The notes: generated from the letters alone by a model not told the origin. 64,000 nt of DNA from Candidatus Woesearchaeota archaeon (GCA_016928835.1 JAFGJW010000006.1:180191-244190), one strand, 5' to 3'. Counted from the first letter of the stretch, positions 55,387-63,851 are shown. Numbers and translations: made by a program.

Positions 55387-55402
55387 ATACAAGATGTAGT
55401 GT
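55387..55402. promoter_or_regulatory. Candidate NrdR box 2
   Basis: The minus strand reads ACACTACATCTTGTAT (13 of 16 positions). The centre-to-centre distance to box 1 is 32 bp. An AATTATATA TATA-like element lies between the boxes and overlaps the edge of box 2. Confidence 0.45.
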
Positions 55403-55555
55403 TTTTCTATAAATTTTAATGCTTAATAAATATTTCGCTTTTTTGAAATAATATTAATAAACCATATAACAAAAAATAAATAATTTAAACCATGTTTTAC
55501 CAAAATCCAATAACTACAAAAGATTTATTAAGTAATACCCACCAAAATATATATT

Positions 55556-55744
55556 ATGGGGCAGCAAGAGGTCTATGATTATCTAAAAAGAAATCATACC
55601 AAATGGTTTACATCGAGACAGATTGCCCAGGGACTGCGCGTTTCTTTAGGCTCTGTTACAAATAATTTAAAAAAGCTTAGAAAGACAAATTCTGTTAAAT
55701 ATAGTCAGGAAGGCAACCGGTTTAAATATAAGTTTAAAAAATAG
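55556..55744 (+). CDS. Small winged-helix DNA-binding protein
   Basis: The 62-aa sequence MGQQEVYDYLKRNHTKWFTSRQIAQGLRVSLGSVTNNLKKLRKTNSV follows a wHTH pattern. Confidence 0.5.
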   Translation: MGQQEVYDYLKRNHTKWFTSRQIAQGLRVSLGSVTNNLKKLRKTNSVKYSQEGNRFKYKFKK

Positions 55745-55762
55745 TTAAACTTTCTAGTCTTT

Positions 55763-56419
55763 ATGTTGTATGTAGTTGCTACACCCATAGGCAATTTGGA
55801 GGACATTACACTTAGAGCATTGAGAATCTTAAAAGAGGTAGATGTAATTCTTGCAGAGGACAAAAGGAGAACAGGCAAACTGCTAAAAAGATACAACATA
55901 AAGAACATCCAGCAAATCTATAATGACCATAATAAAGAGAGAAGGACAAAAAATATTATTCAGATGCTTAAAAAAGGAAAGGATATTGCTCTCGCAAGTG
56001 ATTCTGGAACCCCCGGAATCAATGACCCGGGATTCTATTTAATACGTGCCTGCATAAAAGAAGATATTAAGGTATCTCCTGTGCCAGGCCCAAATGCGGC
56101 TATTTCTGCACTTGCAGCTTCAGGTCTTCCAACAGACAGATTTACCTATTATGGATTTGTGCCAAAAAAAGAAAAAAAAGCAAAAGAATTATTTAAGAAA
56201 ATTAAACTCCTAAAAGAGAGTGCAATATTCTATGAATCTCCTCATCGGATAAAGAATACATTGAAAATTATGTCAGAAATCGCACCCACTAAGCAGATTG
56301 TTATTGCCAGGGAGATAACAAAGAAGTTCGAAGAATTCATTAGAGGAGAGGTTAAAGAGGTAGAAGATAGATTAAAAAATAGAAAAATAAAAGGAGAACT
56401 TGTGATTATTTTAAATTGA
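55763..56419 (+). CDS. rsmI: RsmI-type tetrapyrrole-methylase-fold rRNA 2-prime-O-methyltransferase
   Basis: MLYVVATPIGNLEDITLRALRILKEVDVILAEDKRRTGKLL and SDSGTPGINDPG are characteristic of RsmI. Confidence 0.8.
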   Translation: MLYVVATPIGNLEDITLRALRILKEVDVILAEDKRRTGKLLKRYNIKNIQQIYNDHNKERRTKNIIQMLKKGKDIALASDSGTPGINDPGFYLIRACIKEDIKVSPVPGPNAAISALAASGLPTDRFTYYGFVPKKEKKAKELFKKIKLLKESAIFYESPHRIKNTLKIMSEIAPTKQIVIAREITKKFEEFIRGEVKEVEDRLKNRKIKGELVIILN

Positions 56420-56461
56420 TAGCTCTCATTGTTATAAATAATAAAAAAGAAAGGAAGAGCA

Positions 56462-56635
56462 GTAGGCCCTGTTTCTAGCCATTCGAACTTTTTACGTGAG
56501 TAACATAGTTCAAGAGCTTGCTTTCAAACCGGCATTAAGCCAAAGATCTTTTGAAAGTGTTGCTCACGCACTTTTTCAAGCATAATTGGCATGGGCTCAG
56601 TTAAAAAGTGCCGCTCTTTGATAAACAGCGCCTAC
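56462..56635 (+). ncRNA. Candidate structured RNA of unknown class
   Basis: A locally GC-rich block in a 300-nt intergenic gap. The closing helix is GTAGGCCCTGTTT/AAACAGCGCCTAC (12 of 13 bp). Inner helices are CGTGAGTAACA/TGTTGCTCACG (11 bp including one G-U that exists only on the + strand), CTTTCAAA/TTTGAAAG and CACTTTTT/AAAAAGTG. Confidence 0.35.
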
Positions 56636-56719
56636 CACCCCCACGTCTTGTACAAGACAATATAAACTATGATTTCTGGCTATAAATATATTTATATTCT
56701 TCAAGATATATCTTAAAAA

Positions 56720-57904
56720 CTATTTTTTTAGAAAGAGGCTTGCATCAACAACTGTCTGGACTTCTGTCAGATCTGATTCATTAACCTGCTTTCTTAATTC
56801 TAGTCTTGCTCTAGCTTTGCATAACCTGATAATGCCAACAACCAACCTTGGTGTCAGATCAAATAAGAACTTGTCTTCATTTTTCTTCAGATTCTCAACA
56901 TAGTCAAGCACTTTCTGCTCCAATTCAAGAGGAAAATCCACCTCTTCCTGCTCGGCATTTTTTATGTAATCATGAATAAAAGCAACATCTCCTTGACTAT
57001 GTTCTTCTTCTTTACCTCTTACTATCTTTTTTGCGATATTTAGGAAGCCATTGACTCCAGGTTTCCTAATCAGAAAGATCAAATGAAATCTCGAGATAAG
57101 GGCTTGTTCAAAAGGAAGCTGCTGTTTGAGAACCTCTACTGTTCTTCCCACAAACTTATCTCCTTTTGGATTAGCTGTTGCGATAATCCTCACTTTAGCA
57201 TCAAGCTTAATGTGTTTGCTTGCTTTATCATAAGCTATATATCCTTTCTCCATTGCAGAATAAAGATATGCATATTCTGTTTTTTTCATCAGGTTGAGCT
57301 CGTCTATGCAGCATATCCCGTTATTTGCCTTTGGAAGCAATCCTTCAACGATAGTATCTCCTTTTACCATCACACCCAGACCTGCCTTGCTTGTCCCGGA
57401 GCCAAGACCGAAACTTGAAACAGGAAACAATTTTTCCACTGATTTGAGAATGTCAGTTTTCCCTGTTCCTGGATCTCCAAGGAGGAGTATATGAACTGTT
57501 TCCCTAGAGAACAGCTGCATTAAAACAGCCCTTTTAACATATTCAAGACCATAGATATTTGGTGCAATTAGTTTGGCAATTCTTGAGTATGCAATAGCAG
57601 CAAAATCCTCAAAAGCTTGCTTTTTCACCTTTTTAAGAATGATCTCATTAACTTCCATGACAAATTCATGCGATGCTTCGTCTTTCCGTTTTAAAATTAG
57701 ATTTGGATAAATCTTGTCTTCAAACAATTTTCTTGAGACACCAAGTTTCCTAAAGATAATATCAACCTTACCTAACCTATATAGATAATTTATCTGCTTT
57801 AGAGTATTTTTATCGACAAAACATTTGACACTTGTCAGTTTCATATGCTTTTGCCTTGTGAGAGGCATTATTAGTCTTACTAAATCAATTATTACACGTA
57901 CCAT
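56720..57904 (-). CDS. MCM-family AAA+ protein lacking the canonical N-terminal OB/zinc-finger domain (mini-MCM)
   Basis: IAPNIYGLEYVKRAVLMQLF, Walker A LLGDPGTGKTDIL, Walker B GICCIDELNLM, IIATANP, and the arginine finger SRFHLIFLI. Only about 110 aa precede the AAA+ core. Confidence 0.7.
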   Translation of the reverse strand: MVRVIIDLVRLIMPLTRQKHMKLTSVKCFVDKNTLKQINYLYRLGKVDIIFRKLGVSRKLFEDKIYPNLILKRKDEASHEFVMEVNEIILKKVKKQAFEDFAAIAYSRIAKLIAPNIYGLEYVKRAVLMQLFSRETVHILLLGDPGTGKTDILKSVEKLFPVSSFGLGSGTSKAGLGVMVKGDTIVEGLLPKANNGICCIDELNLMKKTEYAYLYSAMEKGYIAYDKASKHIKLDAKVRIIATANPKGDKFVGRTVEVLKQQLPFEQALISRFHLIFLIRKPGVNGFLNIAKKIVRGKEEEHSQGDVAFIHDYIKNAEQEEVDFPLELEQKVLDYVENLKKNEDKFLFDLTPRLVVGIIRLCKARARLELRKQVNESDLTEVQTVVDASLFLKK

Positions 57905-57906
57905 TT

Positions 57907-58770
57907 TTATCTAAAGACTATACTTGCATAACTCACAGAATTTCTGTAATCCCCGAGGATATCTCCAGAGGTGTAATGCATAAGCAACTCTGCTGTTGGT
58001 TTCTGTTCAAACTGTTCTATTATGCTCAAAACTATTAAAATAGGCATATATCCACAAATAGTAATGCCTGTCTCGTTGATATAGTCCGCAAAGCCTTTGG
58101 CATCTATCTTCTTGATTAGTTCAATAGCTCTTTTATCAAGCTCATTTAATCTATCTGGAATCTCAAGAGTGAAAGGAACATAACCATAGTTTGGACCATA
58201 ATGAGTAAAGTCACTGCTGACGATAAAAACCACTTTTTTATTTTTCACAGTAGCAAGTATCTCTTTGCCAAGGCGCCCATATTCAATATCTCTACCAATT
58301 GTTATCGGAACAATTCTCAAATCCTGTATCCTGTCCTTTGAAACAAACTGTAAAAATGGAAGTTGAACCTCAAGTGAGTGCTCATATTTGTGGGCAGATT
58401 CATTTATTCTAAGGTGTGTATTTTCTTTTAGGGCAATTATCATATCTTTGTCTGTTTTAATTAAACCAAAGGGGGTTCTCCAATCCTCAATAGACAAACC
58501 AGAGTTAGAGCCTTGGTGGTTTGGCGCAAGGATAACATAACATCTAGGGAAATCTGATTCTGCAATCTCCTTATAGGCCCAAGCCGCACATGCTCCAGAG
58601 AATGAATAGCCTGCATGTGGGATGATGGCTGCGGTAAGCCTTTGTGTTTTCCTCTTCACTGGAAGCTCTCCTGGACCTTTTTTGGAATTGAAGCACTCCT
58701 TTATCTGTTTGTCCAGCTTATCAAAAGTTGATTCATAGAATTGACCTGCAACAATAGCTTCTCTCACCAT
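57907..58770 (-). CDS. Memo-like protein (AmmeMemoRadiSam system protein B family)
   Basis: REAIVAGQFYES and AAIIPHAGYSFSGACAAWAY, then SSDFTHYG. This is the classic Memo/AmmeMemoRadiSam-B signature. Confidence 0.8.
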   Translation of the reverse strand: MVREAIVAGQFYESTFDKLDKQIKECFNSKKGPGELPVKRKTQRLTAAIIPHAGYSFSGACAAWAYKEIAESDFPRCYVILAPNHQGSNSGLSIEDWRTPFGLIKTDKDMIIALKENTHLRINESAHKYEHSLEVQLPFLQFVSKDRIQDLRIVPITIGRDIEYGRLGKEILATVKNKKVVFIVSSDFTHYGPNYGYVPFTLEIPDRLNELDKRAIELIKKIDAKGFADYINETGITICGYMPILIVLSIIEQFEQKPTAELLMHYTSGDILGDYRNSVSYASIVFR

Positions 58771-58802
58771 AGAGTAGATAAAAGAAAGTGGCTATAAAAA
58801 GA

Positions 58803-60275
58803 TTACTCTTTTTCCTGTTGTTTCAACTCGTCGATTTCCTTGTCAAGATCAGAAGAGGGGGATCTTGTCATAATATATGCTACAATTAAAAATATCAGTA
58901 ATAGAACCCCTCCAACAATCAATATTGTCTTAAGTTCGATTTCTGGAAGTTTAAAGAGTCTTTTTTTGTCTGTATCTGTCTGTGCAGTTGTGGCATCCAA
59001 TTTCTTGCTTTCAGTTATGGTAGGAGGATTATACATAAAGTTAAGCTGCTGGCCATATTGGGTCAGATAAGTGATTTCTATCGGGCTTAATTCCGGAAGT
59101 GTAAATTCTTTGTAATGTTTTGGTTTTAACTCTTCAATATGATAGCTACTATCTGGTGTACTAAGAGAGATATTGTAGAAGGTATACAAAGTCGGATTAG
59201 TCACTCTTATTGTTGCTGGATTGGCTTCTGATAATATTAAAATATCAAAAACCTCAAGGCTGCTTCGGAGATAGAGATTAGTTAGCTGTTTTTCATTCCA
59301 TGTTTTAAGAGAACATTGCGTGGAATAGTTAACTACAAAATCGCCAGTGTAATTTGTAATTAGGGTTATATTAAGTCCCTTTTTTGTTTCCTCTGTTCCT
59401 GTGAATTCAAAACTATTTTTTTTATTCTTAAATTCTGTTGAGTAATCCAATATCATAAACTCTTCAGGGAGATTGAGCGTTAGATTATACTTGCATTCTG
59501 TAAATGCCTCCACAGAAAGGTTGAGCATTGTAATTTGGTTTGGCTTAATGCTAATATTCAGTGCTGTTGGAGTAAAAGAACATGGTCCTTTTACTTTATA
59601 TGTGTTGGTCGCTGTCTTGAGTGAAGACCTATCTAGATAAGTATAGTTTACATATAGATTATTTGTGTGGGTGCCCTGCTCTATAGCCTTAAGTATAATG
59701 TCGCAGCTCTTTGCTCTATTCTCCTTCAAATCACCAAGCCAGCTCACATATTGGCCTTTGATTTCACATCCTTCTGCAGAGACAATGCTAAAGCCCGGAT
59801 AGCTGTCTTTCATGATAATATTCTCAGCAGTCAGCTCACCAATATTCTTGATATTCAAGTTGACATTTGCTTTTTCCCCCAGGAATAGCTCTGTTTTGTC
59901 AGTTTGTTTTTCTAAAAAAAGCTCGGCATTTGACGAATAAATCTCAATTTGCACAGAAATATTCAGGTTTCCTTCGTGCGCATAATAGGGGACTTCTCTT
60001 GCACCACGATAGTACTTCACATCGCCTGTGCGGCAAACCTTATATATCCACTCTACTGAGCAGGTTTCATTGCTATAAATCACATCCTGGATGTCATCGG
60101 GGTAGTATACCACAGTCACATTAGTCTCTCTTATATAAACAACCTCATATGTCTTGTTATTCACTACAAAAGGCTCGTCGCTCCATACCTCCCCTTTGTA
60201 AATTGTTTCATTATATAATGAAAATGCAGAAGGAATAATAACTAGACATAATATAAAGATGAAAATTTTTTTCAT
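58803..60275 (-). CDS. Secreted, C-terminally anchored surface protein with DUF11/CARDB-like beta domains
   Basis: The ATG at 60275 gives the signal peptide MKKIFIFILCLVIIPSAFS. LGEKANVNLNIKNIGELTAENIIMKDSYP is CARDB/DUF11-like. The C-terminal TM helix is ILIVGGVLLLIFLIVAYI. Confidence 0.55.
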   Translation of the reverse strand: MKKIFIFILCLVIIPSAFSLYNETIYKGEVWSDEPFVVNNKTYEVVYIRETNVTVVYYPDDIQDVIYSNETCSVEWIYKVCRTGDVKYYRGAREVPYYAHEGNLNISVQIEIYSSNAELFLEKQTDKTELFLGEKANVNLNIKNIGELTAENIIMKDSYPGFSIVSAEGCEIKGQYVSWLGDLKENRAKSCDIILKAIEQGTHTNNLYVNYTYLDRSSLKTATNTYKVKGPCSFTPTALNISIKPNQITMLNLSVEAFTECKYNLTLNLPEEFMILDYSTEFKNKKNSFEFTGTEETKKGLNITLITNYTGDFVVNYSTQCSLKTWNEKQLTNLYLRSSLEVFDILILSEANPATIRVTNPTLYTFYNISLSTPDSSYHIEELKPKHYKEFTLPELSPIEITYLTQYGQQLNFMYNPPTITESKKLDATTAQTDTDKKRLFKLPEIELKTILIVGGVLLLIFLIVAYIMTRSPSSDLDKEIDELKQQEKE

Positions 60276-60312
60276 ATTATAAAAATAATCAGACAGATTA
60301 AAATATTTTTTG

Positions 60313-60780
60313 TTACGACGCGACACCAGTAATATAACCCTTGACAATATGGGTTATTCCGGTATTCTGGTTAACATACGAGAATATTATCTCTGTTCTG
60401 CTCCTTCCTTGCTCTAATCCCGGACAGTCAATAGTAAGCTTAATAATATTGTTGTTTTCAATTAGTTGAGGCGGTGCAAGATTATTAATATGGAGAAGAG
60501 ATGCTGGAATACTGCAGCCTTCGCTCACATTCAAATAATCTGTAACATTAATTACGCTTCCGACATTGTTTCTCAATGCAATAGTTATCTGATCATTAGC
60601 TGCATCAATAACAGGCATATCAACACATAATGTGCCCACAGGGAATGTACAGGATCTTGGCGTGAATCTTGAAAGATCAAGTATGCCAAAATAGGCAAGT
60701 GCCGCAATTGCCAACACCAAAATAAGTAAAGCCCAGCTGTATGTCACTAAAAACTCCATCGCTGACTGTCCTCTTTTCAT
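60313..60780 (-). CDS. Archaeal type IV pilin-like protein (class III signal peptide), copy 2
   Basis: MKRGQSAMEFLVTYSWALLILVLAIAALAY has the G-Q-S-A-M-E-F-L prepilin cleavage motif followed by a hydrophobic helix. Confidence 0.75.
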   Translation of the reverse strand: MKRGQSAMEFLVTYSWALLILVLAIAALAYFGILDLSRFTPRSCTFPVGTLCVDMPVIDAANDQITIALRNNVGSVINVTDYLNVSEGCSIPASLLHINNLAPPQLIENNNIIKLTIDCPGLEQGRSRTEIIFSYVNQNTGITHIVKGYITGVAS

Positions 60781-60850
60781 AAAAAAAATATAATCAAGTG
60801 CTTATAAAAATTTTTTGAAAAAATAAAAGGAAGAATAGAAGAAAAAAAGT

Positions 60851-61324
60851 TTAGACTCTTCCTCTGACAACACCCACCGCATGATGGACCAGTGTTGTTT
60901 CGTTATTTCTGTATGTTACAGTAAAGGTTTCAGAAAACTTGCCAGCCTCTATGCTGCTACAGTCTATAACAACTGTTGCAAGGTCATTGTTATTAATAGG
61001 GGTTTCAGTCTGCGATGCTCCGCCGTTTATAGCCCAATCAGTAACAACGCAACCATTAGTTGTCTGTGAACTATTCACATCTGTTATATGTATCTTAAAG
61101 CCGACATTGTTTCTTAATGCAATGCTCACTTCAGAGTTATCGATGTCAAATGCTGCTTTATCAATACAATCCATTCCTGGAGGGAACTCGCATTTCTCGG
61201 GCAGCAACCTGCTTGGATCCAAAACACCGAAATAGGCGAGTGCTGCGATGGCTGCAATAACAACTAGGATGGCCCAGCCGTAAGTCATCAAGAACTCCAT
61301 TGCTGCTTGTCCTTTTTTGTTCAT
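60851..61324 (-). CDS. Archaeal type IV pilin-like protein (class III signal peptide), copy 1
   Basis: MNKKGQAAMEFLMTYGWAILVVIAAIAALAYFGVLD. It aligns along its length with the downstream copy (ALRNNVG is shared). Confidence 0.75.
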   Translation of the reverse strand: MNKKGQAAMEFLMTYGWAILVVIAAIAALAYFGVLDPSRLLPEKCEFPPGMDCIDKAAFDIDNSEVSIALRNNVGFKIHITDVNSSQTTNGCVVTDWAINGGASQTETPINNNDLATVVIDCSSIEAGKFSETFTVTYRNNETTLVHHAVGVVRGRV

Positions 61325-61437
61325 CTTTTCACCTCTTAAGTTAGATAAAAATATCTACTTATTGTTAATTTATGTAACAGGTAGTATATAAATGTTACGC
61401 TCAAGTATACTAGTATCTAATTTTGATAATAAATTGT

Positions 61438-63150
61438 CTAAAATGCAAAAAATCCTGACAAAAGTATACTTAGCAAAGTAGATGCAATGAGGTATATTAC
61501 AATTCCTGCCCCGACAAACATAGGTATCAATTGCAGATCTTCTTTTATCTCTCCTTTCCGTATTATTGTTATTAACAATGAGGAAAAAAATGTTGTAATA
61601 ATTATGCATGTCACTGCAAAAATTTTATAGTCATGAATTGAAATTGCATCCGGAGAAGCAGTGAGCATACTTCCTATACCACCAAAGCTTTGTGTATTAC
61701 TCCCAAGATTAAGGCTGCCTAAGATTGATTTCATAATGATAACAAGTTGGGTTGAGAGCCCAAATAAAAATGGGGCGCCGACAAGAGATGCAAAACCAAT
61801 AAAAATAACATAAGTAGTGACACTGGCTGCCATCTCTTTCTTAATAATCCTTGTTTCCTGTATATTGTTTGCTATCCTGTTTAAAAGCTCTGCCAGCTCT
61901 CCTCCGGCATCCATTCCCTCTAGCAGTAGATTAATAGATCTCTGGACAATGAGTGAGTCATATTTTTTAGCAAATTCCTGCAGTGCAGTGCTTAATTTCT
62001 CACCCACAAGAGTTTTCTTTGCCACTGACTCCATTTCCTTTGCTAAGACACCAAATCTTGGCCTTACAGCAAACCAAAGAGCTCTGTCAACGGTCATTCC
62101 AGAACTAATATTAGCAGAGGTGAGTTGGAGGAAGTCAGGGAAGACTTCTTCAATCTGTTTCCGTCTCTGAAAGATCCTTACATCAATCAAAATAAAAAAT
62201 AAAGCCCAGAGCAGAAGCAGGAGCAGAATTACGCCTAACAACCACAAAAGTATGGTGACTACAACTGTAAAGAGAATTTTAACGTAGATAATATTTACAG
62301 AAAAGTTGGAGTAGGCGTAGAATAGGTATATATTAAGTACTATATTGACAAGCACAGAGAACTTGAGAAGGCTCTTTCCAATAGACCTATAATCTATTTT
62401 TAATAAAGAGGATTTTCCCCCCTTGTTTCTAAGGTTCCTAATCAGAGCAACTAAAAAGTAAAGGATGAAGATAATAATCATTATGCCAAGGAACCATGTA
62501 AGGAAGAAATGAACCATCTTCCCAAGTAATTCTTTTTCAAGAACAAAGAACCTGTATAATAAATAGAGAGAAACTCCAAGGTTGAGCAGGAATGCCACAT
62601 TCATAATTTTCCCAGGCACTTCTTTTTCATTTACCTCAATCCCTGCTTTGTCAAGGTAGTCTTTCAAGTGGGGAATTGATATTCTGTTTGTTAGAACAAA
62701 AATTAGTTTATTTAGGAAATCACTGGTTTTTTCACGAATATTAACCGGCGCTCTTTTTTTAGTTTTAACTTCTTTTTTCTCCCTCATCCTTAGAGGAGAT
62801 TCTTTATTCAGCTCATTTTGCGTTAAGAACATAGCAACCGGGCTAATAAAGAACCAGAGTAAAAATAATAGTATGTGGTTTAATTGTGTAACTTCTGCAG
62901 TTGCCTTTGAAAAACGCCAGAAAAAATAAAGATATACAAGGAAATTAATGCCCGGAACCAAGAATAAAAAGATCAATTTCTCATTTGGGGCTTTTGCACT
63001 ATGATTTCGAATATCTTTGGTGGTTTGATAGATCCAATAAAAACCATAGATACCCATTGTTAAGATAGACAGGAACACCACAAGAAGAGGATTCCTTCTT
63101 TTGAAGGTAGTTTCTCTGCTTGTTGTTGGTGATTGGGATTCTAATTTCAT
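61438..63150 (-). CDS. Type IV pilus/archaellum platform protein (T2SSF, FlaJ/TadC-like) with a long N-terminal membrane extension
   Basis: The C-terminal half FPDFLQLTSANISSGMTVDRALWFA...LLEGMDAGGELAELL is a T2SSF domain. The N-terminus contains LTMGIYGFYWIYQTTKDI (DUF4234-like) and about 6 extra TM helices. Confidence 0.65.
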   Translation of the reverse strand: MKLESQSPTTSRETTFKRRNPLLVVFLSILTMGIYGFYWIYQTTKDIRNHSAKAPNEKLIFLFLVPGINFLVYLYFFWRFSKATAEVTQLNHILLFLLWFFISPVAMFLTQNELNKESPLRMREKKEVKTKKRAPVNIREKTSDFLNKLIFVLTNRISIPHLKDYLDKAGIEVNEKEVPGKIMNVAFLLNLGVSLYLLYRFFVLEKELLGKMVHFFLTWFLGIMIIIFILYFLVALIRNLRNKGGKSSLLKIDYRSIGKSLLKFSVLVNIVLNIYLFYAYSNFSVNIIYVKILFTVVVTILLWLLGVILLLLLLWALFFILIDVRIFQRRKQIEEVFPDFLQLTSANISSGMTVDRALWFAVRPRFGVLAKEMESVAKKTLVGEKLSTALQEFAKKYDSLIVQRSINLLLEGMDAGGELAELLNRIANNIQETRIIKKEMAASVTTYVIFIGFASLVGAPFLFGLSTQLVIIMKSILGSLNLGSNTQSFGGIGSMLTASPDAISIHDYKIFAVTCIIITTFFSSLLITIIRKGEIKEDLQLIPMFVGAGIVIYLIASTLLSILLSGFFAF

Positions 63151-63152
63151 AT

Positions 63153-63851
63153 TTAAAACTCCACACTTGGTCTTGACGAATTAATTATTGCTAAAAACAT
63201 AAACTGCACAAAGCCTATCATGCCTGCTATTACCAATAAGACTGCCAGCGATAATTTAAGCCCAACAAAAATCGAGATTATTGTTAACATTGTTACTCCA
63301 AGACTTGGCACAATGATTGCCACAAGCATATAAAACATTGCTAAAGGATTCAGTTTGCGGCCGTACTCCCCTACTTCTATCTGCTGTTCTTTTATCAAGG
63401 TCTCAACAACATTGTACAAGGGCTTAACTAAATCAGAGCCTGTATTAAGGCTATTTGATATCTGCCACAACACTTTTCTTAATTCATCACTCGGAACTAC
63501 TTCTAGGCTTTCATTGATGGCGTCTTCTAGCGCAGTCCCTATATTTACCTTCTCAACAATCTCCCTAAAATAAGCTCCTACAACCTGATAGCTTTTGCTC
63601 ATGTTATTTAATGCATTATATAAGGAGACTCCGGACTCCAGCTCTACAATAAGGAACCTGCCTGCAAAAATCACTTCTTTGTTTATCATCCTTTTTAATT
63701 TTTTAATTTTTACATGGACCAGCTTAAAGAAATAAAAGAACAAGATAATAAATAGTAAGGGGAGAGATATAATAAGAATAAAAAAGAGTGAACTTTTGTC
63801 AATAAAAGAGGCTAAAAACATAAAAAGAATAAATACCATGCCCAAAGCCAT
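63153..63851 (-). CDS. Type IV pilus platform protein (T2SSF, TadB/FlaJ-like); the true start probably lies upstream of the first ATG
   Basis: T2SSF pattern FLIVELESGVSLYNALNNMS...ISNSLNTGSDLVKPL. The frame stays open upstream to 63974 and encodes LELRQANLTYSPEEYIRRTFLSAGY with no ATG/GTG/TTG. Confidence 0.65.
   Translation of the reverse strand: MALGMVFILFMFLASFIDKSSLFFILIISLPLLFIILFFYFFKLVHVKIKKLKRMINKEVIFAGRFLIVELESGVSLYNALNNMSKSYQVVGAYFREIVEKVNIGTALEDAINESLEVVPSDELRKVLWQISNSLNTGSDLVKPLYNVVETLIKEQQIEVGEYGRKLNPLAMFYMLVAIIVPSLGVTMLTIISIFVGLKLSLAVLLVIAGMIGFVQFMFLAIINSSRPSVEF

Noticed and set aside
56420-56719. The idea that the structured intergenic element is SRP (7S) RNA, RNase P RNA or a multi-intron tRNA.
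   Set aside because: I could not find the helix-8 GNAR/AGCA motif or the UGUAAU Alu-domain motif. GAGGAAAGUCC is absent and no T-arm flanks the single TTCGAAC. It is kept only as an RNA of unknown class.
61370-61609. A 79-aa minus-strand ORF overlapping the 3-prime end of the platform gene.
   Set aside because: It is nested out of frame in the T2SSF gene and the spacer, and it is Asn/Ile/Phe-rich with no signals.
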